NCBI GenBank assembly: GCA_963810095.1
Contig: CAWEMM010000009.1
Location: 288,001-352,000, forward strand
Direction: 5' to 3'
Origin: an uncultured Chloroflexia bacterium
GTDB lineage: Bacteria; Chloroflexota; Anaerolineae; CG2-30-64-16
DNA: 64,000 nt
The translations under genes and the position numbers were made by a program. How positions within the stretch are numbered: the stretch's first letter is position 1; every line of letters begins with the position of its first letter. Under the pieces are notes generated by a model. That model had not been told where the DNA came from. It did not search any database and saw nothing but the letters and a program-made list of their open reading frames with translations. Below, one piece after another: positions 8,336 through 16,853 of this stretch.

Positions 8336-10788
8336 GAGCGCACCTCTTCGCCGGCCAAGAAACCAGGTTTCTCGAAGAAACCTGGTTTCTGAAGCGCCGC
8401 AAGGATCTTCTCCGGCGTGATGGGCAGCTCGTAGAAGCGGACGCCAATCGCGTTGTTGATCGCATTGGCGTAGGCGGCCGCCACCGGGTTCGTCGCGGCC
8501 TCGCCGATGCCCTTGGCGCCAAACGGCCCCGTCGGCTCGAACGTGTCCGCGAAGTACGTGGTGATCGCGTTCATGCACGGCGTCTCTTCAAATCCCGGAA
8601 TCTTGGCGTCGACCATGAACCCTTTGGAAAAGAGCTGCCCGTTGCCGTCCCAGCCGTTGTCTTCGAGCAGCGCATACCCCGCGCCCTTCGACAGCCCGCC
8701 TTCCAGCTGCCCGGCGGCCATGTCCGGATTAATCACAGTTCCGCAATCACTGCCCAACGCGGCCTTGACCGTCCGGACCTGCCCCGTCCACGTGTCTACC
8801 TCGACGTCCAGAAACACCGATACGTAGGCGGGCGGGCACGACGTCGGCCGGTAGCTGACGACGCTGGCGATGGTCTTCCAGCTTTCGGTCCAGCAGCGTG
8901 TGGCCACTTCGCCGATGGTCATGCGTTTGTCGGGGATCGAGGGCACGTAGAGCACGCCCTGGCCCAGCTGCTCGTCCATCGTCAGGACCAGCGCCTCGGG
9001 CTGGACGTTCAGGAACCGCCCCGCCGTCGCAAGCAGATCGGCCTTGGCCTCCTGCACCGCCTTCACGGCCGCGCCGCCGCCCGCATACACCCCCCGGGTC
9101 GCGTGCGTGACAACGTCGTACACGGTCGTGCGGGTGCCTGCGGGCGACAGGTTCACCTTGTCCAGCGGCACACACAACCCCTCGGACACCAGCTTGGCAA
9201 TCGCTTCGAGCGTCCCGCCGCCGTGATCCATCAGTGCGGTGATGACGTCGACCGAGCCGTCCTGGTTGATCTTCACCATCGCGCCCGAGTAGTCGATCAC
9301 GTCGCCCGGCTGGGGTGCGCCCGCACTGGAGGTGTGGAACCCGCGCGCCATGCCGGTTCCCCGGCGGTAACGGGAGGGAGAATGGGACGCTGATTGGACT
9401 GCTGGATCTGATCGGTTCGCAAGATCATGCAGATCAGTTCGATCGGTTGAATCTGCGTCCCATTTGATCCCCATGATCTCGGCGCCGGTGTGCAGCAGCT
9501 CGGGCACGCCGTCAGAGCGGACAATAGAGCGCACCAGCGGGCCCTGGCCCCAGAATGTGTCCCCTTCGCCGATGTAGTTTTTGAGGCGCAGAGCGATCGG
9601 GTCGAGCCCCAGCTTTGCGGCCAGCTCGTCCATCAACGACTCCACCGCAAAGGTCACCTGCGGGTTGCCGAAGCCCTGCATCGCGCACGACGGCACCTTG
9701 TTCGTATAGACCGCAACGCCGTGGTATTTGATGTCGGGCAGGCGGTACAGCGACACGAGCCAGCCGATACACACGCCAAGGAATGAGTACGCCTGGACGA
9801 TATGGGCGCCGATATCGACGATCAGCTCCATTTCCGCGCCCAGCAAGGTCCCGTCTCTTTTAGCGGCCAGCTTGAGGCTGATCTGTGACGGGTACTTGGT
9901 GTGCTCGTTCATGTCCTCTTCGCGCGTCAGCGCGAGGCGCACGGGCCGTCGCGCCTTAAGCGCCAGGGCCGCGCAGATCGGGAGGTTCGAGTTCATCTGG
10001 ATGCTGGAGCCGAACGTGCCGCCCACGGGGATGCGTTGCACGTCGATCTTGCTGAGGGGGATGTCGAAAATCTGTCCCAGCAGGATGCGGACATTGTGGA
10101 TGGACTGGGTAGTCGCCCAGAGGGTGAGACCGCCGTCGGGCTCGGGCCGGCAGACGGCTGTCTTCGGCTCCAGCTGCGCGTGGTAAATCTTCGGGGTCTT
10201 GAAAGTCCCCTCTACAACCGTGTCCGCCTGCGAAAGCGCACTTGCCCAGTCGCCTTCGACGATCGTGCGTTCACATGCGACGTTGTTGACAACGGGGATC
10301 TGCTTCTCGCCGTGCCAGATGCTGTCGTAGATGGCCGCCGCGCCGGGTTGCATCGCCTCGACCGGGTCGGTCAGGACGGGCAGCACCTCGTACTCCACCT
10401 TGACGGCCCGCGCGGCTCGCTCGGCCAGCTCTTCCGTTTCTGCAGCCACCGCCGCGACGGGCTCGCCCAGGCGCCGCGCCTTGTCGGCCAGCACGAAGTG
10501 ATCGCGGTGCAGGGCCGAGGGGATGGTGACGATGCGCTCGTTGTAGCACGTGTGCGGCACGTCGTCCCAGGTAATCACGACTGCGCCCATGGCTTCCGCT
10601 TCGCTCGCGTCGACGCTGAGAATCCGAGCGTGCGCGTGAGGACTGCCGACGATCCGGCCGTGCAGCATGCGCGGCAGGTAGATGTCCGAGGAGTATTGTT
10701 CCTGGCCGGTGACCCGCGCGATGGCATCCTTGCGCTTTGTCACCTTCCCCAAGACGTGCCAGCCGCTGCTGGCGCCATTTTCTTCCAT
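8332..10788 (-). CDS. Xanthine dehydrogenase family molybdopterin-binding subunit (second, divergent motifs)
   Basis: HAQLEP, GGTFGSS, AMQGFGNPQ, DCGTVINP, GPFGAKGIGEA; GGAGG RBS before MEENG. Confidence 0.92.
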   Translation of the reverse strand: MEENGASSGWHVLGKVTKRKDAIARVTGQEQYSSDIYLPRMLHGRIVGSPHAHARILSVDASEAEAMGAVVITWDDVPHTCYNERIVTIPSALHRDHFVLADKARRLGEPVAAVAAETEELAERAARAVKVEYEVLPVLTDPVEAMQPGAAAIYDSIWHGEKQIPVVNNVACERTIVEGDWASALSQADTVVEGTFKTPKIYHAQLEPKTAVCRPEPDGGLTLWATTQSIHNVRILLGQIFDIPLSKIDVQRIPVGGTFGSSIQMNSNLPICAALALKARRPVRLALTREEDMNEHTKYPSQISLKLAAKRDGTLLGAEMELIVDIGAHIVQAYSFLGVCIGWLVSLYRLPDIKYHGVAVYTNKVPSCAMQGFGNPQVTFAVESLMDELAAKLGLDPIALRLKNYIGEGDTFWGQGPLVRSIVRSDGVPELLHTGAEIMGIKWDADSTDRTDLHDLANRSDPAVQSASHSPSRYRRGTGMARGFHTSSAGAPQPGDVIDYSGAMVKINQDGSVDVITALMDHGGGTLEAIAKLVSEGLCVPLDKVNLSPAGTRTTVYDVVTHATRGVYAGGGAAVKAVQEAKADLLATAGRFLNVQPEALVLTMDEQLGQGVLYVPSIPDKRMTIGEVATRCWTESWKTIASVVSYRPTSCPPAYVSVFLDVEVDTWTGQVRTVKAALGSDCGTVINPDMAAGQLEGGLSKGAGYALLEDNGWDGNGQLFSKGFMVDAKIPGFEETPCMNAITTYFADTFEPTGPFGAKGIGEAATNPVAAAYANAINNAIGVRFYELPITPEKILAALQKPGFFEKPGFLAGEEVRS
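8358..8390. repeat. 33-bp AGAAACCAGGTTTCT double palindrome, in-frame at Mo-subunit C-terminus
   Basis: AGAAACCAGGTTTCT-CGA-AGAAACCTGGTTTCT reads KPGFFEKPGF; second copy 18253-18286, half copy near 30730. Confidence 0.8.
9381..9464. repeat. 84-bp AATGGGACGC-type palindromic element inserted in-frame in the Mo-subunit gene
   Basis: Terminal inverted arms AATGGGACGCTGATT / AATCTGCGTCCCATT (1 mismatch); 84 bp = 28 codons (KWDADSTDRTDLHDLANRSDPAVQSASH). Confidence 0.8.
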
Positions 10789-10816
10789 CACGCCTCCATT
10801 GGCGGGTGGCGATAAA

Positions 10817-10884
10817 CCACAAAGGCGCAAAGACACGAAGACCTACAAAGGCTGTGTGCCGACTGGTGTCTTCGTGTCTTTGTG
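10817..10884. repeat. ACAAAGAC-type palindromic intergenic repeat
   Basis: CAAAGACACGAAGAC ... GTCTTCGTGTCTTTG inverted arms. Confidence 0.75.
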
Positions 10885-10889
10885 TTAAG

Positions 10890-11819
10890 CTACTCCGCGC
10901 CCAGCACGAGTGCCAGGAGTGCCATGCGGACGAAGACGCCGTTGCCCGCCTGGCGGAAATAGGCCGCGTTTGGCAGGCCGTCGACGTCGGTCGCGATCTC
11001 GTTGATCCGCGGCAGTGGGTGCAGCACCGTCACATCTGGCCGCAGCCGCTCCACCATCTCCCGGTTCAGCACGTACGCGTCCTTCAGCCGTTCATATTCC
11101 GCGACGTCTGCGAAGCGCTCCTTCTGGATGCGCGTCATGTAAAGGACGTCAGCATTCGGCAGCGCAGCCTCCAGGCTGTCGGTCTCTTCCACCGCGAACC
11201 CGCGGCCCCGCAGTCGCTCGACCACTTCGGCCGGCATGCGCAACGCATCGGGGGCCACACAGATCAGCTTGCAGTCGTAGTGCTTGTAGATCTCCACGCC
11301 TGCGTGCACGGTGCGCCCGTTCTTCAGGTCGCCCACCAGCACGATCGTGTTGCCTTCGACCCTGCCGCGCTCCTGGCGGATGGTGTACAGGTCGAGCAGG
11401 GCCTGCGTGGGATGCTGACCCGCGCCGTCGCCGCCGTTTAGCACGGGCGCGTTCGCCACATTGGCTGCTTCGCCGGCCGAGCCGATGCGCGGGTGGCGCA
11501 TGGCGATGACGTCGACGTATTGGTCGATGGTGCGGATGGTGTCGGCAAGGGTCTCGCCTTTGGCCACCGAGGTCGACTCGGCCGACGAGAAACCGACGAC
11601 CGAGCCCCCCAGCCGGTGCATGGCCGTTTCAAAGGACAGCCGGGTGCGGGTGCTGGGCTCAAAAAAGAGGGCGGCCAGAACCGCGCCCTTCAGTACTTCC
11701 AGGCTGCGCTGTTTGCGCAACCGGTCGCGGTACTGATCGGCGAGTTCCATGATCATCTCGATCTCGCCGCGGCTAAACTGCGCGCCGTCGAGAATGTCCT
11801 TACCCTTCAACGTCGACAT
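10890..11819 (-). CDS. pyrB: Aspartate carbamoyltransferase catalytic chain (or close paralog)
   Basis: FFEPSTRTRLSFE, KGETLADT, NGGDG..HPTQALLD, RIQKERF, LHPLPR. Confidence 0.88.
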   Translation of the reverse strand: MSTLKGKDILDGAQFSRGEIEMIMELADQYRDRLRKQRSLEVLKGAVLAALFFEPSTRTRLSFETAMHRLGGSVVGFSSAESTSVAKGETLADTIRTIDQYVDVIAMRHPRIGSAGEAANVANAPVLNGGDGAGQHPTQALLDLYTIRQERGRVEGNTIVLVGDLKNGRTVHAGVEIYKHYDCKLICVAPDALRMPAEVVERLRGRGFAVEETDSLEAALPNADVLYMTRIQKERFADVAEYERLKDAYVLNREMVERLRPDVTVLHPLPRINEIATDVDGLPNAAYFRQAGNGVFVRMALLALVLGAE

Positions 11820-11869
11820 GCTGCCTCCTGTTTCAGAACGGATAACGCAGAGCCGCGGGCGTGGCTCAA

Positions 11870-12682
11870 TCAGAACTGTTGGTTCTGCGTCCCATTGTGC
11901 CTTATGGGTGCAAGCTCCTTCGGGCTGCCCAGCAGCACCGAAACATGGGCCGCTGCGTCACAGCAGAGGCGGACGAAGCGCTGCGCCTCATCCTGGCTGA
12001 AGCGCACCGTTGGGCCTGCTACGCCCAGCGCCGCGACGACGGTCCCTTCCCAATTGCGGATCGGCGTGGCAATGCCCCACGCGCCCAGGTCAGTTTCCTC
12101 GTAGCTCAAGGCGTAGCCACACTGGCGGATGTGCGCCAACTCGCGGTGGAGCGCAGCGGGGTCGGTGATGGTCTCGTCGCAGTAGCGCGGGAGGCCCTTC
12201 TGGCTTATGATGGTGGCGATTTCGGCTTCTGGCAGGAAGGCCATGAGCACTTTTGACGACGCGCCCGCGTGGGGCGCGCGGCGGGCGCCCACATCGAGCG
12301 CAATCCGCACCGAGTGGTTCGTCTCGATTTTGTCGATGCACACCACTTCGCCGTCGTGGTACTCCGTCAGGAGCACCGTCTCGCCCGTCGTCTCCGCGAG
12401 GTCGCGCAGCACGGGCAGGGCGACGTGCCGGACGCCGGTGCTTTCCGCCGCCAGGCTGCCCCAGATGAACAAGCGATGGCCGAGCCGCCATTTACTATCC
12501 TCGTGCCCGCGGCGCAGCAAGCCGTGGCGCTCCAGCCCGACGAGGAAACGGTGCAGCGTGCTTTTGGGTAGGGCGAGACGCGCGCTCAGCTCGGACAACG
12601 ACCAGGCGGGGCGGTCCTTTGAGAAGCAGTCGAGGACGTCGACCATCCGATCGATGGTCCGCACGGAGGAAGGATCGTCCAA
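11870..12682 (-). CDS. IclR family transcriptional regulator
   Basis: N-terminal HTH (LSELSARLALPKSTLHRFL), C-terminal effector domain (GASSKVLMA, IRQCGYA..EETDLG..IATPI). Confidence 0.93.
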   Translation of the reverse strand: MDDPSSVRTIDRMVDVLDCFSKDRPAWSLSELSARLALPKSTLHRFLVGLERHGLLRRGHEDSKWRLGHRLFIWGSLAAESTGVRHVALPVLRDLAETTGETVLLTEYHDGEVVCIDKIETNHSVRIALDVGARRAPHAGASSKVLMAFLPEAEIATIISQKGLPRYCDETITDPAALHRELAHIRQCGYALSYEETDLGAWGIATPIRNWEGTVVAALGVAGPTVRFSQDEAQRFVRLCCDAAAHVSVLLGSPKELAPIRHNGTQNQQF

Positions 12683-12729
12683 ATCACACCATTCATTCGA
12701 AATAGTGGAACGGCATTCGATCTAGTAGT

Positions 12730-12758
12730 ATGATAACACCTTGTGAAACCGGTGTCAA
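12730..12758 (-). promoter_or_regulatory. Sigma70-type promoter for the iclR operon
   Basis: Minus strand TTGACA-17 nt-TATCAT with an extended TG. Confidence 0.7.
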
Positions 12759-12807
12759 TAACCTTTTCGCCCTGACGAAATGAGTCGGTCGCACCGGGGG
12801 AGCGTGG

Positions 12808-14241
12808 ATGGAACGGATAACCAGCCGCCGGCCGCGTCTATCGGTCCTGTCGGTCGAGGACCTGCAGGAGGTGCACGCAGCGTCGCTCCAGGTTCTTGCC
12901 GAGGTGGGTTTGCGCGTCGATGCGCCCGCCGCGCGGCAGGTGCTGCACCAGGCCGGCGCCCGCACGGGAGGGGCCCGCACTGACGGCGCCCGCTGGTTTC
13001 TCCCGGCGGAGGTCGTGCAGGAAGCCCTTGCAGCCGCACCGCGCTCGTTCGCGCTCTTCGACCGGCTGGGCAGTCCGGCCTTCAGATGCGGCGAAGACCA
13101 AAGCCGGTTCGGCATCGGCGTAACGAACCTCTATTACGAGGACCCCGGCACCGGCGAAATCAGCCCTTTCAGTCGCCAGCATATGGCCGCGTCGGCCCGC
13201 CTGGGCCACGCGCTCCCTCAGTACGCGCTGGTCTCGACGATTGGCGTCGTCCAGGATGAGCCGGTCGAGCGAGCCGACTTGGTCGCGACGCTCGAGATGG
13301 CGGCCAACACGAGCAAGCCGCTCGTCCTGCTCGTCTCCGATCCGGCCCAGTTCGCGCCCTGCCTTGACTTGCTCGAGTCCCTTGCCCCCCAGCTTGGCGA
13401 GCGCCCGTTCGTGCTCCCCTACGTCAACCCGATCACGCCGCTGGTCCTGAATGCTGAAACGACGGACAAGATGACCCTGGCGATCCGGCGCGGCTTCCCC
13501 CTCATCTTCTCGAACTACGGCATGGCGGGGGCATCCACGCCCATCACTCCCGCCCGCGCGCTCGTGCTGCTTAACGCGGAGTTGCTCGCCGGCCTGGTCT
13601 TCAGCCAGGCGGTGCGCCGGGGCGCACCGGTTATCCTCGGCAGCCTGCCCGCATGCTTCGACATGCGCACGATGGTCGATTTTTACGACCCACGCTCGAT
13701 CCTGGTCAACCTGGCCTGCGCCGAAATGATGGCCTACTACGGTATTCCGCACGCAGGGACTTCGGGTTCGGGCAACGGCTGGGGGCCGGATATCGTGGCC
13801 GCCGGCGAGCTCTGGCTTAACCACCTGGTCTCGGACACGAGCCTTGCGGGCCTTGTGCCCTTCGTGGGCGGCAACCTCGGTTCCAAGGTGTTTTCGCCCG
13901 CGGCAGCCGTATACGGCGCAGAGGTCATCGACCAGGTGGCCGCGTTCCGCGCCGGACTTGACCTGTCAGAGTTGGACGGCCTGCTTGCCGAGATCGCGGA
14001 GGCAGGTCCCGGCGGGAGCTTCTTCGAGAGCGCCCACACCTTGCGCCATCTCCGCACGGCTTACCACACCAGCCGCATCTTTCCTCACTACGGCCTGGAG
14101 CAGTGGCAGGCCGCGGGCCGCCCGATGGCCGAGACGCGGCTGCGCGAGGCGACGGTTGAGCTTCTCAGGTCGGCCGTGGGGCCGGAAGACCGGGATGAAG
14201 TGCTGGCGCGCGGCGAAGCCTGGCTGGCCGCTGCGAGGTAA
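12808..14241 (+). CDS. Trimethylamine methyltransferase (MttB) family protein, non-pyrrolysine
   Basis: LSVEDLQEVHAASLQVLAEVG, NPITPL, GMAGASTPIT..NAELLAGLVFSQ, GPGGSF..HT..W..AG; open frame without internal TAG. Confidence 0.85.
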   Translation: MERITSRRPRLSVLSVEDLQEVHAASLQVLAEVGLRVDAPAARQVLHQAGARTGGARTDGARWFLPAEVVQEALAAAPRSFALFDRLGSPAFRCGEDQSRFGIGVTNLYYEDPGTGEISPFSRQHMAASARLGHALPQYALVSTIGVVQDEPVERADLVATLEMAANTSKPLVLLVSDPAQFAPCLDLLESLAPQLGERPFVLPYVNPITPLVLNAETTDKMTLAIRRGFPLIFSNYGMAGASTPITPARALVLLNAELLAGLVFSQAVRRGAPVILGSLPACFDMRTMVDFYDPRSILVNLACAEMMAYYGIPHAGTSGSGNGWGPDIVAAGELWLNHLVSDTSLAGLVPFVGGNLGSKVFSPAAAVYGAEVIDQVAAFRAGLDLSELDGLLAEIAEAGPGGSFFESAHTLRHLRTAYHTSRIFPHYGLEQWQAAGRPMAETRLREATVELLRSAVGPEDRDEVLARGEAWLAAAR

Positions 14242-14259
14242 ACCTTCCAGCCGGCCGAG

Positions 14260-15048
14260 CTATCCCTGCTTTGGCGTGTAGTATCGCCGGAGCCACAAGC
14301 TCAGCCCGTCTAGCCCGGGGAACAGCACGCGCTCGGTGATATTCCCCTGATCCAGCTTGTCGCGGATCTCCCACTTGAGTTCTGCCGGTATGACGACCCG
14401 GCGGGCGAGCCCCGGCCGGTCTGCCAACCACTCGTCGAGTCGTGCTGTGGGGCTCGACATCAGGCTGAACAGCGCGAACTGGTTGACAATTCGGTCGTCG
14501 AGCGAGGGTGGCTCGAGAAACAGCGGGAATGGCTCCTCCGCCAGCTTGTCCAGGTCATACAAGCTCGCAGTCCCCTGGGCGAGAAGCTCGGTTGTTAGCA
14601 CGTCTGCGCCTTCCTGCCTGAGCAAGTCCTGCAACGCTGTGGGGAGGTGCTTCTTGGCCTGCCGGTAGTTCACGCACCACACGACGCCGTCGACGTCGAA
14701 CTGAAGCGGGCTATCGGTCGCAAAGTGCAGCGCCACGAAAGGCGAGTACGTCCAGTCGAGCAGGCGCGTCGGGAGCCCATGATGGGCGGCCACTGCCAGC
14801 CAGTTCCATACCGAGTCGCCCGGCACGGCCGACCTGGGCGCATACTTACGAAAGGCGCGGAGCAGCGGCGATTCGACTCGCTGGTATGCGCCGCCGAGCC
14901 GCATTAACGTCGTGACGAGGGGTTCCTGCGCGTCCGGCATGCCACGGAACGCAAACTCAGAGCGGAAGCGCCCGAGCGATTCGTGCCACGAAGCCTCGTA
15001 TAGAGCTTCCTGCAGTTCATTCCATGATGTCACGCGCACGTCTTGCAA
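14260..15048 (-). CDS. FRG domain-containing protein
   Basis: FAFRG, AAHHGLPTRLLDWTYSPFVALHFA, LFPGLDG; TTG start with GGAGGAG RBS. Confidence 0.88.
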   Translation of the reverse strand: MQDVRVTSWNELQEALYEASWHESLGRFRSEFAFRGMPDAQEPLVTTLMRLGGAYQRVESPLLRAFRKYAPRSAVPGDSVWNWLAVAAHHGLPTRLLDWTYSPFVALHFATDSPLQFDVDGVVWCVNYRQAKKHLPTALQDLLRQEGADVLTTELLAQGTASLYDLDKLAEEPFPLFLEPPSLDDRIVNQFALFSLMSSPTARLDEWLADRPGLARRVVIPAELKWEIRDKLDQGNITERVLFPGLDGLSLWLRRYYTPKQG

Positions 15049-15248
15049 AGCCCTGCTCCTCCCTGCACGCGATACAACGACGAGGTTCCGCCGCGTAGTT
15101 CCTTGCACAGCCGTGTTTTGGTGCAAACCCGATGATTCTGTCGCATAATGAGGGCGCAAACAGGCAATCTGCCATACCGACAGGCAGCGGGTAACGGTGA
15201 AAGATAGTGCGAGATGCTCGGGTTCGTCGAGCGCGGAGGAGGTTCTAC

Positions 15249-15458
15249 ATGGGGAAGCACCGGGGTCTGTTTCTTTTGGTCGGCCTGTTCGTCGTGCTTG
15301 CGGTGGCAGGCTTTGCCGCGGGGTTTGCGCTGCCCTTCTGGAACTACAGCCATACCTACGCGCCCGTGATTGGGGCGGGAGCCGCGTCGGCCGGCCCGAC
15401 AAGCAGCACCGGCTCGGCGGCGGTCGACTTGCTGATGGGCGCGCGGGGCCCGAGCTAA
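15249..15458 (+). CDS. Small hypothetical membrane protein
   Basis: GGAGGAGG RBS, 69 aa with one hydrophobic helix. Confidence 0.55.
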   Translation: MGKHRGLFLLVGLFVVLAVAGFAAGFALPFWNYSHTYAPVIGAGAASAGPTSSTGSAAVDLLMGARGPS

Positions 15459-15537
15459 CTTGAGGGGTTCGACCGGAGGCGGCGCGCTGCGGACCGCCTA
15501 GCCGGCGGTCCACAGCGCGCCGTCGCTCGCACCACGG

Positions 15538-16644
15538 CTACGCCTTCTCCCAGCCCATCTTCGTCACCTGGCCGGTTTCGATGCGCAGGTACGCGACGGT
15601 GCCTTCGATCCGCGCGACCTCGGTGAGCGGGACGAGCAAGTCGCTGCCCTTGGGGCGGTCGAGCACAAATGCGTCCTCGCGGACTTCCTGCACGCGGCCG
15701 ATGTCGGTGCCGTCAAACGCAACGACCTTCATGCCGTTGCTCAGCCCGAGATCCCTGGCTTCCTGCTGAGCCTCTTCCTGCACGCGCTCGACTTCCTCAA
15801 CCGCCGCGTCAATCGCTGCTCGAGTGTCCTCGTCTAGGGCGCTCCCGGCCTCTTCCGCGGCCGGCGCCGGCTTTGCAGCCTTGTCGCTGTCCCGCTCGGC
15901 GGCCGCTTGCTGCTTTTCCGCTTTCTTCTCCGCGCCGTTGCGTGCATCCTCCGCTGCGGGCGCTTGGCTGATGGTGACTTCTCCGGCGACAGCGGCCGCG
16001 TCGGATAACCGCTGCTTTGCCTCTTCGACGCCCTGGTCGCCCTGCCCGCGCACCTGCTCGATTACAGAGCCGGCCCGCGTGGCAATGTTCTGGGCCACCT
16101 GCCCCGCCCGGTCTCCCACGAGCCCGGCGTACTGACCCGCCTTCTGACCGAGCCCTTGCGTGGCCTCTCCGACCCGCGAACCCGCCGCCTTCAGCCGCTC
16201 CGCCGCCGCTCGCCGGTCGACGCGCCGGATCAACCAGACCGCTGCGACGGCTCCGATCGCCACGCCCACGATCAAGCCCTCGCGGCGCCCGAACTTGAAG
16301 TTCTTCACGCTGGTCTCGAGCTCTTTGCGCGCCTGTTCCAGCTTCTCCTCCAGGTCGCCGCCGAGCGCCTCGGCCTTCACGCCCACGGCTTGGGCTACGG
16401 GCGCCGCCCGCTCTTCCACGGTCTTTGCCAGCGCCTCGACCGTGGCGCTCACAGCTTCGGCCAGCGGCCCCGCCCGCTGTTCGACGGTTTTGGCGAGCGT
16501 GCCCGCCTTCTCTTCGATGGCCTCGGCCAGCGGCACTGCCGACGCACCGATCGTCCTGGCGACTGTTCCTGCAGCATCTGCAAAGGTGATCACCAGTTCG
16601 CCCGCCTTCGCCCCATTCGATCTCAGCACAGTCTGTGCATTCAT
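15538..16644 (-). CDS. Hypothetical membrane-anchored protein with 11-mer amphipathic repeats and a C-terminal PRC-barrel/DUF2171-like domain
   Basis: PLAEAIEEKAG/TLAKTVEQRAG/PLAEAVSATVE repeats, TM helix GLIVGVAIGAVAAVWL, C-term GMKVVAFDGTDIGRV..LLVPLTEV. Confidence 0.7.
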   Translation of the reverse strand: MNAQTVLRSNGAKAGELVITFADAAGTVARTIGASAVPLAEAIEEKAGTLAKTVEQRAGPLAEAVSATVEALAKTVEERAAPVAQAVGVKAEALGGDLEEKLEQARKELETSVKNFKFGRREGLIVGVAIGAVAAVWLIRRVDRRAAAERLKAAGSRVGEATQGLGQKAGQYAGLVGDRAGQVAQNIATRAGSVIEQVRGQGDQGVEEAKQRLSDAAAVAGEVTISQAPAAEDARNGAEKKAEKQQAAAERDSDKAAKPAPAAEEAGSALDEDTRAAIDAAVEEVERVQEEAQQEARDLGLSNGMKVVAFDGTDIGRVQEVREDAFVLDRPKGSDLLVPLTEVARIEGTVAYLRIETGQVTKMGWEKA

Positions 16645-16810
16645 CTGCGTCTCCTCGTCAATCTATTGGTCTGTCTTCGATTCTCAATCATAGCGCCACG
16701 AGCTTTTCATGCGGTAGTGCTGCATCCACTAGCCGTCATCCCCAGCCGCCTGCAGCGTGGCTACCGCGTAGGATGGTGGTCAGTCTGCGAAGCAGCCATG
16801 AGTGGGGCCC

Positions 16811-16819
16811 TGCTATAAT
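16811..16819 (+). promoter_or_regulatory. Extended -10 promoter element upstream of ROK gene
   Basis: TGCTATAAT about 35 nt before the RBS-supported start. Confidence 0.55.
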
Positions 16820-16853
16820 GTCTCCAAGAATTCACCAAACGGAGGCGCCAGAG

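Noticed and set aside
12741-12758. Rex-like site TTGTGAAACCGGTGTCAA
   Set aside because: Second half-site is poor and coincides with the -35 box.
12808-14241. Pyrrolysine/selenocysteine recoding in MttB or the Mo enzymes
   Set aside because: MttB is open with no internal TAG; breaks in other genes are frame changes, not in-frame TGA/TAG.
14260-15048. Anti-phage defence island around the FRG gene (or the ADP-ribosylglycohydrolase at 35285)
   Set aside because: No nucleases, toxins, ADP-ribosyltransferases or mobility genes nearby; both are isolated.
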